From Octopus sinensis (lineage: Eukaryota), in the NCBI RefSeq assembly GCF_006345805.1, contig NC_043005.1, forward strand, positions 25,482,001 to 25,546,000: DNA of 64,000 bases, written 5' to 3'. Every line of letters starts with the position of its first letter. Within the stretch, counting starts at the first letter, position 1. This document shows positions 49,535 through 61,223 of this stretch, in pieces. The translations under genes were made by a program, and so were the position numbers. Under the pieces are notes generated by a model. That model was not told the origin of the DNA, ran no database searches, and saw only the letters and a program-made list of their open reading frames with translations.

Positions 49535-49760
49535 TATGTATGTATGTATGTATGTATGTATGTATGTATGTATGTATGTATGTATGTGTGTATGTATGTG
49601 TATGTATGTATGTATGTATGTATGTATGTATGTATGTATGCATGTATGTATGTATATATGTATGTATGTATGTATATATGTATGTATGTATGTATGCATG
49701 CATACATGTATGTATGTATGTATATATGTGTGCATATGTGTGTATATGCAGGTATGTATA
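49535..49760. repeat. (TATG)n microsatellite
   Basis: Directly visible. Confidence 0.97.
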
Positions 49761-50544
49761 CATGTTGCATGTGGTTATAAGATTTATAAGAACTCCAAAG
49801 AATTTTTCTCACGTCATCTAAGCGACGTATAACATATATAAAGTGCCAAACCAACAATTATAAATCCTTATATATTACTCGAGGCTATGACGAAATAAAA
49901 CGGTTATGAACAAATATCTGTTGCACCATATTATTAGAGATGCCATATTATTGATCTTCCCCTACAACAAAAGTCGTATATTTATCGTGTGATACCTTTA
50001 TCTAGAGTAAAGTTCTCTGTCGATTGTCGAAATGGTGCAATATATTTTCTAGGGATGTGGAAAGATAACTGGTTGATCCCTAAAATAATAAACTAAAGCA
50101 TAAAAATATTTACGTAAAGCAAAAATATGTAAAAATATTTACCGTGAAAGTAGCTATTACTTAAGGAAATGAAATTTCATTTAGAAGACGGGACTGATTG
50201 TGTTAGTGTCGTGAAATTTATTTATTTATTTTTGTATATGAAGTCATAAGAAAGCCGGAGAAGTAATTAAAGAATTAATAATGTACTTTAATTGTAATAG
50301 AAAATCCTTTTTTTATTAGAGCTCTTACAATTGTTGTTCGTTGGTAGCGAAATAGAACTGAAGTGAAAGAAAATTCTTGTAAATGTTTTTCCTATCTTTA
50401 AAATTAAGTTTGAGTTATACCATTAAATATCTTTTGCTCTGAATTTTAATCTTGATGGCAATATAGCAAGATGTATACAATGTTTATCTGTAAATTTCAT
50501 AACGGGATTCATTGTAATACAGAAGCAATAATGAACACAGCCGC

Positions 50545-50907
50545 ATCTGCCGATAAAGAGGCGGAGGTATTGTTTTTAGTCGGGTTTGTTTGTTGGTTTG
50601 TCTGTGGACAAGATATCTCAAGAACTACTGGATGGATTCGAATGAAACTTTTAGAGATGTTTGGCCTCGTGATTGGCACGAACTATTTAGATTTTGGGAT
50701 CGATCCGGTACCGGACAAGGATTCTCGATTATTTTTCCTCTTTTTTACTTAATATTTGTGAACGGTCGGGTTCATCATCAGTATCCTCGTTTGTGAGAGC
50801 TGTCGATTTTATTTCAGATATTCTCATTTTAAAAATCATCTCTGGCTAATCGTTGCGAGGACGTTGCTGTTGCTTTGGTGGAGGTTTGTGCTCTCCCAGT
50901 ACTCTTG
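50545..50907 (+). mobile_element. Helentron-associated non-autonomous element (HINE-like)
   Basis: 5' atctgccg...ggcggaggt, 3' ctttggtggaggtttgtgctctc. Homologous to 25851-26300. Confidence 0.75.
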
Positions 50908-51254
50908 TCAATATTAGGTTTGGGGTAGAATACTTGGGAAAATGATAAGATTTTTAAGTGTGTAAAATATTGTCGTTCGCTTTTCGGTTGGACATTATTT
51001 TCGTATCGAAATTTAAAGTTATATAACAAAATTATTATATGGTTAATTTCAAATCAATTAGTAAAATTTATATTTCACTAATTGTGTTAGCAAATATATT
51101 TTACTAAGTAATGCTATGGGGACTTTCCTAAACCTATTACATGACCATCGGCTCTGTATTATACACCAAATAGGTTGGAAATACTTTTGAAAACAAAATA
51201 TCTAAAATATATATTCGATTAATTTCAAAAACCTCTGCCGTATTGTGTATTTAA

Positions 51255-51652
51255 TTCTTTATTGCCCACAAGGGGCTAAACATAGAGGGGACCAACAATG
51301 ACAGACAAAGGGACTAAGTCGATTTCATCGACCCCAGTGCGTAACTGGTACTTATGGATGAAAGGCAAAGTCGAGCTCAGCCGAATTTGAACTCAGAAGG
51401 TAGCGGCAGACGAAATGCCTATTTCTTTATTACCCACAAGGGGCTAAACATAGAGGGGACAAACAAGTACAGACAAACGGTTTAAGTCGATTACATCGAC
51501 CCCAGTGCGTAACTGGTACTTAATTTATCGACTCCGAAAGGATGAAAGGGTAAGTCAACCTCGGTGGAATTTGATCTCAGAACGCAGCGGTGGACGAAAT
51601 ATCACAAAGCATTTCGCCCGGCGTGCTAACGATTCTGCCAGCTCGTCGCCTT
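51255..51652 (-). mobile_element. Head-to-tail SINE family A dimer
   Basis: A full unit followed by a headless unit; same junction as at about 22150. Confidence 0.85.
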
Positions 51653-52829
51653 TGCCGTATTGTGTATTCCCATGCAGACATGAAAAGATTAGCCTTTGTT
51701 TTACTTCTTACACAGGGTAAATAAACAAATTTGGAATCATCTTACTTGTATATTGTTCTAAGTATCACAATGTCTGATTTCTTTGCATTTTTTGTCATTA
51801 ATGGTGCAAAATCGCTCGCCTTAACTTTCTGAATTCAAATGCCCTTCATCCTTTCGGGGGCCAATAAAAGTAAGTGCCACTTGAGCACAGAGTTGATTGC
51901 AATAAGCACAAGGGCTGAGATATTAATAGCGCAAAATAGACATAGTATATTCTCATAGTATATTGTCCTCAAAATGGATAAAAGTATCGGTTTCCAGGCT
52001 GTAAGAAGACTGGAATGGTGAGAACTCAAATAGTGACAATTGATATCTTTTCAGTTGTATTGTATTTAAGAATATTTCAAACTGTCAACCCAAGCTTTGC
52101 TGCTCGTCAGGCTGAGAAAGGTAATCTTTCAAAGTACCGACCGCATTCTGACAGATTTTCAGTCGAGCCTGTGGCAGTGGAACCCTCCAGCATACTCGGA
52201 CACTTGGCCATGCCTCTGCTCACCGATGTCGAGTCGAAGATGCCTGTCCTCATGTGTGAGCGCCGCGAGTCATAGTGGCTTATTCAGAGCATCACTTCGC
52301 CATCCTCTGTGGAAACATTTCTCCCATTGTATCCGCTGGGACCGTGAGACGAATTGACAAACCTCTTTGGATAATGCTCAATAGTGATTGTTCTGTTTCA
52401 TCGTTATTTTCACTGTATGAATTTAAACTGTGTTAGTCCCGCGGATATATGAACCCAAAAGCAAAAGATCGCGATTCACAGTTATTTAGCAACGTGGACT
52501 TCTATAAAATGCCGAGATTGAAGTAAGGAGTTATATAATTTACGGCTTGATGACAAGGATGCAGGATGGGGTTGTTGTTGACGACGTTATGGAATAAAAT
52601 GTAGGTAAAACATGTAGGTAAAACAAAACAAATAAATAATGAAAATGATGGAAAAGGCAAAGTGAAAGATAGAAAAATATTACAAGAACATTAATGGATA
52701 AGAAAAAATATATAAGTCCATAAAGTTTTATTGTTCATAGTGTTGAGAGATCAATATGTTCAAGTATCAATGCAATAGAGTGCTTTGTCTGTTCTTCTTT
52801 ACTAATAAAAGTTGAAGAGCGAAATCGAA

Positions 52830-53106
52830 GGGGATTTGGTTAAGTTTGCTTCCTAACCACATGGTTTCAGGTTCAGTTCCACCGCGTGGCTCCTTGGTCA
52901 AGTGTCTTCTACTATAAAACCGATCGAAGACTTTTGAGTGGATTTGGTAGACAGAAACTGAAAGAGGCCTATCAGATATATATGTATGCCTTCATATGTG
53001 TATGTGTGTTGTGTATCTGTGTGATTGTGTATTTCGCGACACCCCTTGAAAAACAGACTTGGTTTGAATATATCCCTGTAGTAACGTTACAGTTCAAAGA
53101 AAGACA
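52830..53106 (+). mobile_element. SINE family B 5' part; its 3' part resumes at about 57620-57720 after the LINE insertion
   Basis: Head gtttgcttcctaaccacatggtttcaggttcagttcc; the continuation ctggaatcgatttactcgactaacacccttaaaggc is at about 57636. Confidence 0.7.
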
Positions 53107-53182
53107 TGCTTATATAATAATAATAATAATAATTGTGTACAGTGCTCAGGTGCACTACAACTCATCTAAAGTGTATATATAA

Positions 53183-56032
53183 TCAGGTGTAGTTTCGGCG
53201 GATTTCGGAAAGCATGAGGGCCTTAAAAGATGCAGTGTCATGGCAGTCAACAACTGACGCAGGCAGTTTATTCCATGCTTCAGCAACTCTGAGCGTGAAA
53301 AAATGTTTCCGAAAGTCATGGGAGCTGTATTGTTTTCTGACTTTGTAGGCATGTCCACGTGTGTTAGACACATGGAGATCAAAAAGGTGTTCAGTGTTGT
53401 TGTTGGTGAGGTGGTTGATAACTTTGTGGGTGTTTACCAAGTCCGTCGCCAAACGCCGGAGCTTCAGTGAATCCATGCCCAGGGAAACAAGGCGCTCAGA
53501 ATATGGTAGGTGTCTGATGGAGGGTATGCGTTTGGTTGCACGTCTCTGGACAGATTCCAGGAGGTCAATGTTCTGTGCAAGATAGGGGTTCCAAACTGAT
53601 GATGCGAATTCCAAGTGTGGCCGTACCATAGCTGTATACAGTTTTAAATAGATGGCTGGAGAGCGGCTAACAAAAGACCTGCTGAGTGATGCCAAGACAC
53701 CCTCGGCCTTCCTGACAATCTTAGAGATATGCTTTGACCAACGCAAATCACTGCTGACAGTGATGCCTAGGTCACGCTCGCAAGAGGATTTCTTGATATC
53801 AGTGTTGTGGAGGGAGTATGTGAACGCAGGGTTTTTTTCTCCCAAAATGCATGGTGGTACACTTGTCCACAGCCAGTTTCAGTTGCCAGTCTGTGATCCA
53901 TTGCTGCATTGTGTCTAGGTCTGATTGCAGGAAAGAGTTGTAGACATCAGGATCTGTCCTCTTGATTTCAAGGTACAGCTTGATGTCGTCTGCATATTTC
54001 AATACTGTGGCATTCTTTAAATTGGCATCTATGTCGTTAATGTATGCCACAAACAAGAGGGGACCAAGGACAGATCCCTGTGGTACACCCGATGACATCT
54101 CATATGGTGTAGAGTGCTGTCCTAGAACTGTGACTACCTCCTTTCGGCTGAGGATGAAGGATTTCAACCAGTTAAAAAGGTCATCCCCCACACCCATTGC
54201 AGTGAGTTTTACCATAAGCCTTTTGTGTGGCACAGAGTTGAAAGCCTTAGCAAAGTCAAGGTAGACAACATCCACCCATGAGCCACTGTCAGTAATCTGA
54301 GTAATGTCCTCAAGGAACTCGACAAGCTGGTCACTGCAGCTGGAGTTAGGGACAAATCCATATTGTGAGGGTCGGATGAGACTGTGAGAGCTCCAGAAGT
54401 TCCAGAGTGTTTCTCTGACACACGATTCCATCAGTTTTGCAATACAGCTAGTGAGACTGACTGGGCGATAGTTGACAGGTGATGTGCGGTCGCCCTTTTT
54501 GAACAGAGGAATGACACTGGCAGTTTTCCACTGCTCCGGAGTAGCACCATTGTTGAGACAGTACTGGAAGAAAATAGAAAGCTGGTGTAAAAGGAAGTGC
54601 CTGCCACGTTTGAGAAGCAGGTATGTAACTCCATCGAGACCAGGGGAGGCATAGTTGCGCTTATTTTGAAGGTGACGTCGCAGCATTGCAGGTGTAAATT
54701 CCATAGTTGTTATGGAGTTTGCTGTTAGTGATGGTGAAGATGGTACATTTTGACTTTCAACAGTGAATATGTTTGCATAGCACTCGGCAATGAGTTCTGC
54801 GCATTCCTTGGGGTCGTCAGTGATCTGGTTTGTGTGAGGGTTGCGAAGAGGGCCCACTGGAGAGTGAGGTCTCTGCTTTGAGTGCACATATTTCCAGAAA
54901 ACCTTGCTGTCAGGATTGGCTGCTATGCACTGTTCAAATTCAAGCACTGCTTTTTTTGTCACTTGCTTGAGATGGTTGGAGGATTTATTCCGCTTCTTCC
55001 TGTTGGTGTCTGATTTATGCAACCTGTATTCCCGTTCAGCAGTCCGACGTTCCCTCCTGGCAAGTCGGACCGCTGAAGTTTCCCAAATTGCCCTTTTGGG
55101 GCGGTTCTTCTTTTTTGTTTACGTGGCACTGATGCTGCACATGCTGCCCATATTGAGTCCAGGATACTCTGGAGTATAGTATTCACATCTCCAGAGTTGT
55201 AGAATTCACGCCAGTTTGGGTGCTGTAGTTCAGTGTGGTACAGGTTCCAATCTGCTCTCTTCCAATCGAAGGAAGCAGATTGGAGATGGTTCAGGTTTTT
55301 GTTGCCCGCAAGAGCCAGATTGGCGATGATCATAGCATGATCAGAGTCACCTAGAGGTTCCTCCGTAGTGCAATTGATAACCGCTTCAGGAGTTGTGGTG
55401 AAGAGCAGGTCCAAGGTGTTGTCGCCTCTTGTTGGAGAGGTGACTACTTGTGACCAGTTTGAGTCCAGCACAAGCTCAACAAAATCGTTTGCACTCTGTG
55501 GCCAATGGAAGGTCTCCCAATCGATCTCAGGATGATTGAAATCGCCTGCAATAAACACATAAGTGGCTGTTTTCCTGGCAGCAGCTCGGAGGACATTGCA
55601 AAGCTGTGTGTCCCGATGGTAACTTGGGGGACGATAAACAACGCCAAGCAGGAGTGTTGACATGGTCATACGCACGTCACAGAAAAAAACTTCTTCTTGT
55701 GATTCGTTCAAATCGGCACAAGGAATTACCAAAAGATTTGAACGAACGTAGACCATCACACCACCACCACGGCGGTTAGTGCGGTCCTTACGGAAGAGGT
55801 TGTACCCCGTAATGTTGAAAACCCCATCACAGAGTAAGGAATGCGCCCATGTTTCCGTGACAGTGATGAAGTCAGGGTCAACACTTCTGACGTAGGCGTT
55901 GAACAAATGTATTTTGTTGCATAAACTGCGAGCATTTAAGGACAACAATTTGTACCCTGCTCGCAGTTTATGATGGTGTGTAGAGGATGGCAGGTTGTTC
56001 TGGCTTAGTTTCCCTGAGTTGCTGTAGTCTTT
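53183..56032 (-). CDS. LINE ORF2: APE endonuclease plus reverse transcriptase (two homopolymer frameshifts, no internal stops after correction)
   Basis: EN: NARSL, TVTETW, GGGV, YRPP, AGDFNHP, LDLLFT, DSDHAMI. RT: YRPVSLTS, QYGF, VYLDFAKAF, GVPQGSVLGPLLF, KYADD. Frameshifts at about 55095 (A4) and 53832-53838 (A7). Confidence 0.9.
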
Positions 56033-56637
56033 TTAGTTATTGTGGGTAGAGAGCACTCAGACCAGCTGGTATCTCTCTTCCACGTTTCAGCAGTCTTGAC
56101 AAATCTCCAGATTTGTCCATCTTCCCGAAGACTGAAGCTTTCCTGTAGAGCTGAGTTCCTATTCAGGGAAGCCACTACACGTAGCTTCGGACGTACATCG
56201 GACGGTAAGCCTGGGCGTGTTCGGAAGGTGGTCCGATTTTCCCGCCCAGCTTTAACTGAGGCCAGATGGTAAGAGGTTGCCTCAGTGGGGTCCGTAAAAG
56301 ACAACTTGATGAGCCTAGGTTTTGGGCCAGGTCGTCCAAGGCGGATAGCACCCGTTGGGGGAACGCAGCCTAGGTCTTTGGCTGAGTTGGCAGCAAAAGC
56401 CTGAAGATCAGCCATGTCTTCTGGCACCCCAATGGCAATGACTTCATGGGTGGCAGAATCCGCGGTCTTAAATGCGACAAGAGGTACAGGTGCAGGGAGG
56501 TTCTTTAGCAGAGCATTCCGATAAGACCCCTCATTGTGGAGTCCAACCTGAATGGTTGCTTTTATTCCTGCTACTTCCCTTTTAAAGCACAGATCGATTG
56601 TTGCAGTTCTGCAAGAACCGCACTGGTCAATTGGTGT

Positions 56638-56674
<37 letters not shown>

Positions 56675-56690
56675 CTGGTTGTGGTTGATT

Positions 56691-56725
<35 letters not shown>

Positions 56726-56803
56726 CTGGTTGTGGTTGATTTTGTTGTTGCTGCTGTTGCTCTGGTTGTGGTTGATTTTGTTGTTGCTGCTGCTGCTGCT
56801 CTA

Positions 56804-56836
<33 letters not shown>

Positions 56837-57233
56837 CTGGTTGTGGTTGATTTTGTTGTTGCTGCTGTTGCTGTTCCGCCCCGCCTCCTCCACGGGAGTG
56901 GCAGGGGGAGACACAATCGTCGGTTGTGGAGGCACGCAGGCCTGACACTGAAAAGTCCAAGATTTAAGCTGAACCATCTTCCAGAGTCTATCCATCATAG
57001 CATTATGATGGCTCTTTTTTGGCCTGGGATCTTCTGAAAGTCCGTGGCACATTGGAGGCAGACAGAGATGAGACATGTCCCACATTCGACCCAGCGATTA
57101 CGGAACGTATTTCGGGTTCCGTACAGATGTGGCAGGTGTGATTTTCTGGGCAGTGTTCTATTTTAGAGCAGCGACCAGTCTTATCGCACGCCGCTATGGA
57201 TTTCACCATGGCGATTCTGTTGGTTCTGGTCAT
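56005..57233 (-). CDS. LINE ORF1: PHD-like Cys finger, Gln-rich repeat, coiled coil and C-terminal domain (four homopolymer frameshifts)
   Basis: Reconstructed from overlapping frames: CHIC...WVECGTC LISV CLQC...WTFQCQAC, then (QQQQQNQPQPE)n, SAVLAELQQSICALK-REVAGIK, and RLGRPGPKPRLIKLSF. Confidence 0.7.
56630..56875. repeat. Coding minisatellite of CAG/CAA triplets with a recurring aatcaaccacaaccagag unit
   Basis: Four copies of ctggttgtggttgatt on the plus strand, separated by gtt/gct triplets. Confidence 0.92.
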
Positions 57234-58540
57234 CCGTAGAGACAGAAAATGTAAACAACAATACGATAAAAGTAAAATATAAAATATTTGTTTTGATTCG
57301 TTCTTTTTTGTGTATATTCCTTGTTCTTAAATATTGTGTGCGTATATACACATGTTTCGTTCTTTTTTGTGTATATTCCTTTTTTTCTTAAATATTGCGT
57401 GTGTATACATAAAAGTATTTGTGCGTATAGACACGGAGAAAGTTTGTAAACAGAAATGAAATTTTTGATTTTTTTGCAGTGTAGTCCGTCACATTAAATA
57501 GTGTGATTTATTTTCACTTTGCACGTATATACATGTGTGCTACAAGTATCTATGTATGTATGTATGTCACTGCTTTATAAATTTTGGACGTACTTACTGT
57601 CGTTCAACTGTCAGTCCCGTTTTTAAAACAATTTCTGGAATCGATTTACTCGACTAACACCCTTAAAGGCCGTGTCCCACTATACCTCCATTGCAAACCG
57701 TAAGACTATAAACGACGCAAGTGAATCATAGAACTGCTGCTGAGCAACAGACATATTTTGCACACGACTCTTCTTTTCTGAATTTTAATTTGCAAAATAT
57801 TATTTCGGAGAATCTTGGCTACTATTATATCATGGCCACCTTATTGATTAACAGAATAAAGAAAGGAAAAGAAACGATAACATTTTGAAAGAAATTGGTC
57901 GTTTGATCGGTAACAATACTCATTTAGTGGTGATTATATATTCATTTCTAATATTTATTATTACCGCACATTGGGATGCGGCAAAATTTTGTGGGGGACG
58001 TACAACATCTAAACGTTGGCCATTACCATCGAGATGCACGTGTATTCTCGCTTGTTTAATATCAGCACTTAGCCATATATGGTATGAAAATCTCTAGCTA
58101 TTTCTTTCATCGCAAGTACACACACGCACACAATCATCCTCTACAAAGATACATACATAAATACGCACACATACACATAATGTTATAAGTAGATATTACT
58201 ATGAATTATGACAAATATATTTGTATTCTTATAAGCTTGTTGTTTGTCTTCTGGTTCTAGTTTTATACGATATGAAAACATAGAGGTATTTGCTTTAAAG
58301 GAAAATATCTCGTTTATTTAAAAGCGAATTCATCGGGAACGCAAACATTTGTTGTGGTAGTTTTTATACATTTCTAAAAGCAAATGAACGAAATCTGCTA
58401 AATTGTTTGCAAAAATTGTAGAGTATAAAAATATCTACGAATAATTTTCAAATAATCGTGCATTATATCCTGCCACACACCGCAGACAATAAGCATGTCA
58501 TCACGAATATGAAATGAATATATATATATATATATATATA

Positions 58541-59342
58541 TATTATCAATAATAAAAGGGTAAAATCAATTAATAATTAATTAATTTTACCAAGTAGTGT
58601 CCAGTATGTAAGAAGACCATTTACGGTATATTTAAAACATTACGTTATATAATCAGGGTTCAGTAAAATAATTTACTTTACCACACACCGAACTTTTAGA
58701 AATAGTAGCCAAAAAATCTTAGCTATTTCTTCTACTATAAGAAAAATCTCCCAGACAATGTATACTAAAAAATAATTCACGCAGGTATGGAGGGAAAAAT
58801 AACAAAAGATCACATGTACATAAAATTACTTGAGAACGTACGTTTCTAGATTAGTTGAATTTAAAGATCAACATTTCCTTCGTCAGCTCAAAGATTTCTT
58901 AGATTTGGATTTGAGAGCACTAAAACTCGAACATACCCGTCTCATATGAGTAATCCCAGACAAACCATCTTCGACCGCCAGTACCAACGAATTCAAACAG
59001 TACAAATGAGGCCTTGCATTCCTCCCGCTTCCACCCACGTGAGTTATAGAGTAAACAAATTTCTACAGAGAGAACTGTAGTTAAATATCAGGGAGAGAGA
59101 ATTATATTATCAATAATAAAAGGGTAAAATCAATTAACAATTAATTAATTTTACCAAGTAGTGTTCAGTATGTAAGAAGACCATTTCGGTATATTTAAAA
59201 CATTACGTTATATAATTAGGGTTCAGTAAAATAATTTACTTTACCACACACCGAAATTTTAGAAATAGCAGCCAAAAAATCTTAGCTATTTCTTCTACTA
59301 TAAGAAAATCTCCAGACAATGTGTACTCAAAAATAATTCACG

Positions 59343-59344
<2 letters not shown>
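58541..59344 (+). mobile_element. Small element with ~240-bp direct terminal repeats (58541-58783 and 59105-59344) around ~320 bp, flanked by (TA)n
   Basis: Near-identical direct repeats. The interior starts with a decayed ATG reading frame and ends with a purine run (agggagagaga). The class (PLE derivative or TRIM) is uncertain. Confidence 0.7.
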
Positions 59345-59390
<46 letters not shown>

Positions 59391-59542
59391 CCATATATTA
59401 TATATGGTATCCTTATTTAATCAGAATTTGGAAAATTGTGGCCTTTGAAACATGTGTAGAATGTAATAAAAGGAATTCTGTACAACTTCGTTCAACTCCA
59501 TTTCTTCCATTCACTAATTATATATATATATATATATAATAT

Positions 59543-59588
<46 letters not shown>

Positions 59589-59659
59589 TATATATATATA
59601 TATATATATATTATTATATATATATATGTATGTATATATATATATAGACATATAAATAA

Positions 59660-59702
<43 letters not shown>

Positions 59703-59715
59703 TATATATATACTT
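59345..59715. repeat. (TA)n tracts
   Basis: Directly visible. Confidence 0.95.
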
Positions 59716-60072
59716 TATTTTAAGCGGCGTTTGCACTCATCCTTCTGTGTATGTTGATATATATATGTACACTTTAATATAAATATGTATTGCAGGGTAA
59801 TATTTATAATAGGTTTTAATTTCTATGCTTTAATTATGCTTTCTTCATTAACGTCAATATGTATATTTTATTCAATGTAAGGTTTTTTCCTCGAATTTTA
59901 TAATTTTTATAAGTTTTTATATATAATACATATATTTTTGACCTTTTTGTTTATCGCTCGAAGATTGACCGTTTTTTCTAAAGGGCCAATCAAACAAGTC
60001 CATTTTTTTTAAAGGTGTAGCGTTTGTAAGAGTCTAGATTGAATTGATATATCGGTTTCATTCTAGCAAAAA

Positions 60073-60109
60073 CTGTCTGATGAACGGCAACGAGAACTCA
60101 GAGTAACAG
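60073..60109 (+). ncRNA. Degenerate type I hammerhead-like motif, family 2, in a probable Penelope-like 3' remnant (about 59950-60210)
   Basis: ctgt-CTGATGA-a-cg-gcaa-cg-a-GAAC-TC-A-GAGT-A-acag: stem I ctgt/acag, GCAA tetraloop in stem II, stem III actc/gagt, UA site. One A of GAAA is missing. Followed by (TA)n. Confidence 0.5.
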
Positions 60110-60250
60110 ATTTTGTTGAATTTTCTTCTGCTTAAAATAAAGCATATTACTCTACCACTGGTATTTGAGTACTCTTTTTTCCACCTTGTTTCACATTATG
60201 TGTTTACTCTGTATATATATATTATATTATATGCATACATATATATGTAT

Positions 60251-60311
<61 letters not shown>

Positions 60312-60335
60312 CATATATATATATATATATTATAT

Positions 60336-60379
<44 letters not shown>

Positions 60380-60884
60380 GCATATATATGTATAATATTA
60401 GAAGGTTTGGAGATGATGTACAGGTATTTTATATTAGAAGAAATGAGGTACTCAGAAATTCGGATGGCTTTATATTTAAAGATATTTATTTGTATATTAC
60501 ATGTTTTAATACATCATATATCATATATCATATATTAGCGCTTTCGTCCATTCTGGTGGAGTTGTCAAATTGAACTGTTCTTGGGGAAAATTTGAGCATT
60601 TTTATAGTGTTATTGAGTGTGTAGTGGTGGGTGGGGATATAAGATAGTACAAGAGTGTGATGAATGGGGGAGAAAGTCAAGGATAGCATGTGTGTGTGTG
60701 CGTGTGTCTGTTTTTGTATCTGAAAGAATGTTAAAGAAAAAGAAAGAAAGAAAGAAAAGGGAGAGAAAGAAGAAAAAATTGATTTGTTGGTCTTTTAGTA
60801 GCTGGTCAGGATGTTAACTCCAGGGGGCAAAATGTCACTTTCCAAAATATTGTCTGCATTTCATTTTTATCATTGTCTAATGAA

Positions 60885-60927
<43 letters not shown>

Positions 60928-61161
60928 ATGTGTGTGTGTATGTGTGTGTGTGTATGTGTTTGTATTTGAAAGGGGTATTAAGGAAAAAGAAGGAAAGGTG
61001 GTAGAAATGGAGAAATTTTGTTGATTTCCTTGCACTTGGTAGGTTTGTCAATAATAATAATTCTTCTTGGCTTACAGTGATTGTAAATCTAGCTGTTTTC
61101 TCTAACACTTGAAGCAAATTACCTCTGGATCCCTTCCATTTTCTTCTTGAAGTATATACAT

Positions 61162-61221
<60 letters not shown>

Positions 61222-61223
<2 letters not shown>

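Larger units (their letters stand above)
53107..57615 (-). mobile_element. Full-length CR1-group LINE (ORF1 with PHD-like finger; ORF2 with APE endonuclease and RT; (ATT)n tail)
   Basis: See ORF1 and ORF2 entries. The 3' tail attattattatt is at about 53113-53133. The 5' UTR contains a ~60-bp tandem duplication at 57297-57415. Confidence 0.9.
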
